In this document: positions 61,400-64,000 of the stretch, in pieces
Layout of the letters: each line of letters starts with the position of its first letter
Position numbering within the stretch: position 1 is the first letter of the stretch
DNA from: Geosiphon pyriformis uo1
Taxonomy: Eukaryota > Fungi > Glomeromycota
DNA length: 64,000 nt
Assembly (NCBI GenBank): GCA_016748015.1
Contig: JAAOMT010000627.1
Coordinates: forward strand, 310,001 to 374,000
Direction: 5' to 3'
Position numbers and translations under genes: made by a program
The notes under the pieces: model-generated
Databases searched by the model: none
What the model saw: only the letters and a program-made list of their open reading frames with translations
What the model was told of the DNA's origin: nothing

Positions 61400-64000
61400 A
61401 CCAGCACCAACAACTAATCAAAAGTGGCAAAATCAGAAAATATAGGAGCAAACCATTTAGGATTCGCAAAATTCTTGTTTTAACAATACAGCCAACAATT
61501 AGGATTAAACAGTAATCATTACCCAGCCGAATCAGTCTTCAACTTCTACGTCAATAACAAAATCACTGAATGCTTAGAAGGAACAGTTAACATTAAAACA
61601 GCAAGAGAAAACTTTTACACAGAATTATTTCAATACACCAACTTATCAAGAAACTATAGTTTTGCACCAATAATCAGAGAAATCAACCAAATTATTAAAA
61701 GATACACTCAACAACAATTTCCTATTACCTATGCAGATAAAAATAAAGAAAAAATACAAATATCAACAGCAACACCAAAAGGAATACAGTTACCTAGTTG
61801 AAAGAAACACAGAGTGGAATCATTAATCACTCCATCATATTACTACACACCTGGAAGCACCATCAACATTTCATCAGCAGACACATCCACATCAAACACG
61901 ACATCAACATTTGGAAGATTTCAGTTCCAAAGCAAACAACGGAAAGAAAACTTACTAGGACCATATGAAGCGTATTTTGAAGGATTTAAATCACAATCTC
62001 CAATGCCATCAAGAATTCGATCACCAATACCCCAACCAGATTTTGGAGCCACTACTCCATGAAAATTATCAGAGGAAGAAGAGGAAGGAAGTGAAGATCA
62101 AAGATTTACTTACCAAAACCCGATTTCAGAAAACTCAGAATTTGAAACCCCAAATTTTCAAACTTCAATAAACTCAAATTTAGAAAATCCAGAAAATACA
62201 ACTCCAAATATCCAAACACCACAAAATCCTGAACCAATTAATCAGAATAACTTACCTCCAAATATCATCATCAATCAACCATCAATTAATCCAATAGCCG
62301 AACCCATTCAGCAACCATTTCAACTACCACCTCCACAAAATCATCAACCACTTTAACAGCCACCACAACCACCCAACTTAGATCTAATAGCATATGCACC
62401 AATTGTGAAACTGGATAATTTCACTAGCAAAGAGGACAACGCTCAAGTATGGCTGAACAATGTGGAAAAAGCCATCGTAACCAATGGATAGAATAACGCC
62501 TGAGCAATACAAACCATTCCCTATTTTCTCAAAGATACTGCCGATTTATGGTATCAGAGCTTGATCAATAAACCACAAGACTTCAATGCCTTCAAAGTAG
62601 AATTTTTAAGATACTTCAACAACAATAACAGTATCAACTGCCTAGTTAATATATTTACCACCATAAAGCAAGAAGAAACTGAAGCAGTCACCACTTACCT
62701 AGAATGCTTTTATAGAAATCTGCACCAGATCTAGACAATTGACGCCAACTATTTTACAGCACCACAGATCCTCAACCAGTTTATCTGTGGCCTGCACAGC
62801 AGCATCTTACAACATGTATGTCCATTGCATCCAGACACCCTTCAAGAGGCAGTCACCTGCGCCAGAGATTTCGAATCAGCTAAGTTCGAAGCCAATCACG
62901 TCCACACCATGAATCTAGTGATAAATAAATTATCTGAATTGGATTCCAAATTGAAACAATTTAGTGATTCAATTAATCAGAAATTAGAGAAATACTTAAC
63001 TGACAATTGCGCTATTTATCAACCACCACAACAACATAATAATCCAGGAAATACAAATCATTTCCAAAATCAGTCACATCCATCATCATTATCAGCAGTG
63101 CCTAATTAGTCGTGGCAGTCAGAAATGCATGTTTGCCACAATTGTGGTAAACAAGGACACATAAGAGCAGATTGTGGATTTTATAGCAACAATCCACGAT
63201 CGGAAAATCAATATCAAAACCCTGATCACAGATTTCAGACTCAGAATTGCTACCCAAATCAAGACCAATATCAAACCACTTACCTGCCCATGACGCAGCA
63301 GCCAATCTATCAACCATCAGTATATCAACTTCCAATTTATCAGCCACAGCCACCAACAATTTATCAACCGCAACCACCAGTTATTTATCAGCCACAGCCT
63401 CAAGTAATTTATCAACCCCAATCAATTCAGATGCTGCCCCAAAATTCAGTTAATATAACATCAGGCCACCCCAGACCTAGAATCACACAAAACTGGAGAT
63501 CGACAATAGTTGTCCACCAACTGATCCCCAGTTCTTCTAATCTACCATTAGGATTGCGTTCTCGGAATTCGGGTACCAGTGCCACCCAAAACCCAAATTC
63601 CCAAAACTATTTAAGTCTTCTGGTTATCCCAGAAGATACCACTTCTGACAATTCAGAAACCAACCAACAAGTGACACTTACCAACAACATACCTCCAGCC
63701 ACTATTACCAATGATGAATCCTTAGCAGCCATCTTCCCTTTTGAACTTGAGGAACCATTCCCATTACCATTGTTCAGTGGAGCCGCCCTCGAAGAGAAAC
63801 CCATCACAGCAATGTACACTGATGCAAAAGTAGATGGACATCTTATTAAACTCATCCTTGATAGTGGTTCAGCAGGCAGCATTATTACCAAGCAACTCAT
63901 AGACCAATTAGGTTGCCAAGTTGATCAAGCTGTCAGCACCAAAATCATCACAGCCAATGAAGCAACCAAAACACCTATTGGCAAAATCAATGCCTTCCCA
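61400..64000 (+). pseudogene. E4 gag-protease, fused in one frame, with stops in the gag part
   Basis: The frame containing the CCHC knuckle, the IYQPQP repeats and the DSG protease is open from about 63110 to the window end. Confidence 0.88.

Larger units (their letters stand above)
60491..64000 (+). mobile_element. Ty3/Gypsy element E4, 5' portion (LTR, PBS, gag, protease), continues beyond the window
   Basis: LTR TGTTAC...TGTAACA, PBS, capsid-like WLNNVEKAI, knuckle CHNCGKQGHIRADC, protease LILDSGSAGSII. Confidence 0.93.

Noticed and set aside
1-64000. Bacterial endosymbiont or organellar DNA as the source of the AT-rich stretches; tRNA or rRNA genes
   Set aside because: No operon-like or organellar genes were seen, AT blocks decode as retroelements where readable, and the only tRNA-related sequences are the two PBS

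Overview
Eukaryotic, intron-rich, AT-rich DNA, most likely a fungus of the Glomeromycotina/Mucoromycota. The TE peptides resemble ones I recall from Geosiphon-like genomes; this is inference, not a database result. A 13-kb island of four host genes (about 18.9-31.6 kb) holds NatA auxiliary subunit NAT1/NAA15 (-), TCAB1/WRAP53 WD40 protein (+), ARMC8/Gid5 (+) and an intronless BTB/POZ gene (+). Two nested retrotransposon fields flank it. These contain four Ty3/Gypsy elements: E1 (3' end, 1-2594), E2 (complete, 10790-18420), E3 (decayed, dUTPase-bearing, minus strand, about 53515-60490) and E4 (5' part, from 60491). They also contain an E1-family LTR inside a LINE, three full-length APE-RT-RNaseH LINEs and several extremely AT-rich 'ghost' elements that remain decodable. 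Main observations: (1) all three Gypsy elements whose 3' end is visible carry a homologous, non-env third ORF between pol and the PPT, next to a conserved cis motif and family-specific LTR motif arrays; (2) repeats have undergone a strong, mostly non-CpG C-to-T/G-to-A mutational process resembling RIP, while the gene island is spared; (3) E3 carries a dUTPase; (4) E2 has a correctly phased U_UUA_AAC -1 frameshift site. All alignments and counts were made by eye.
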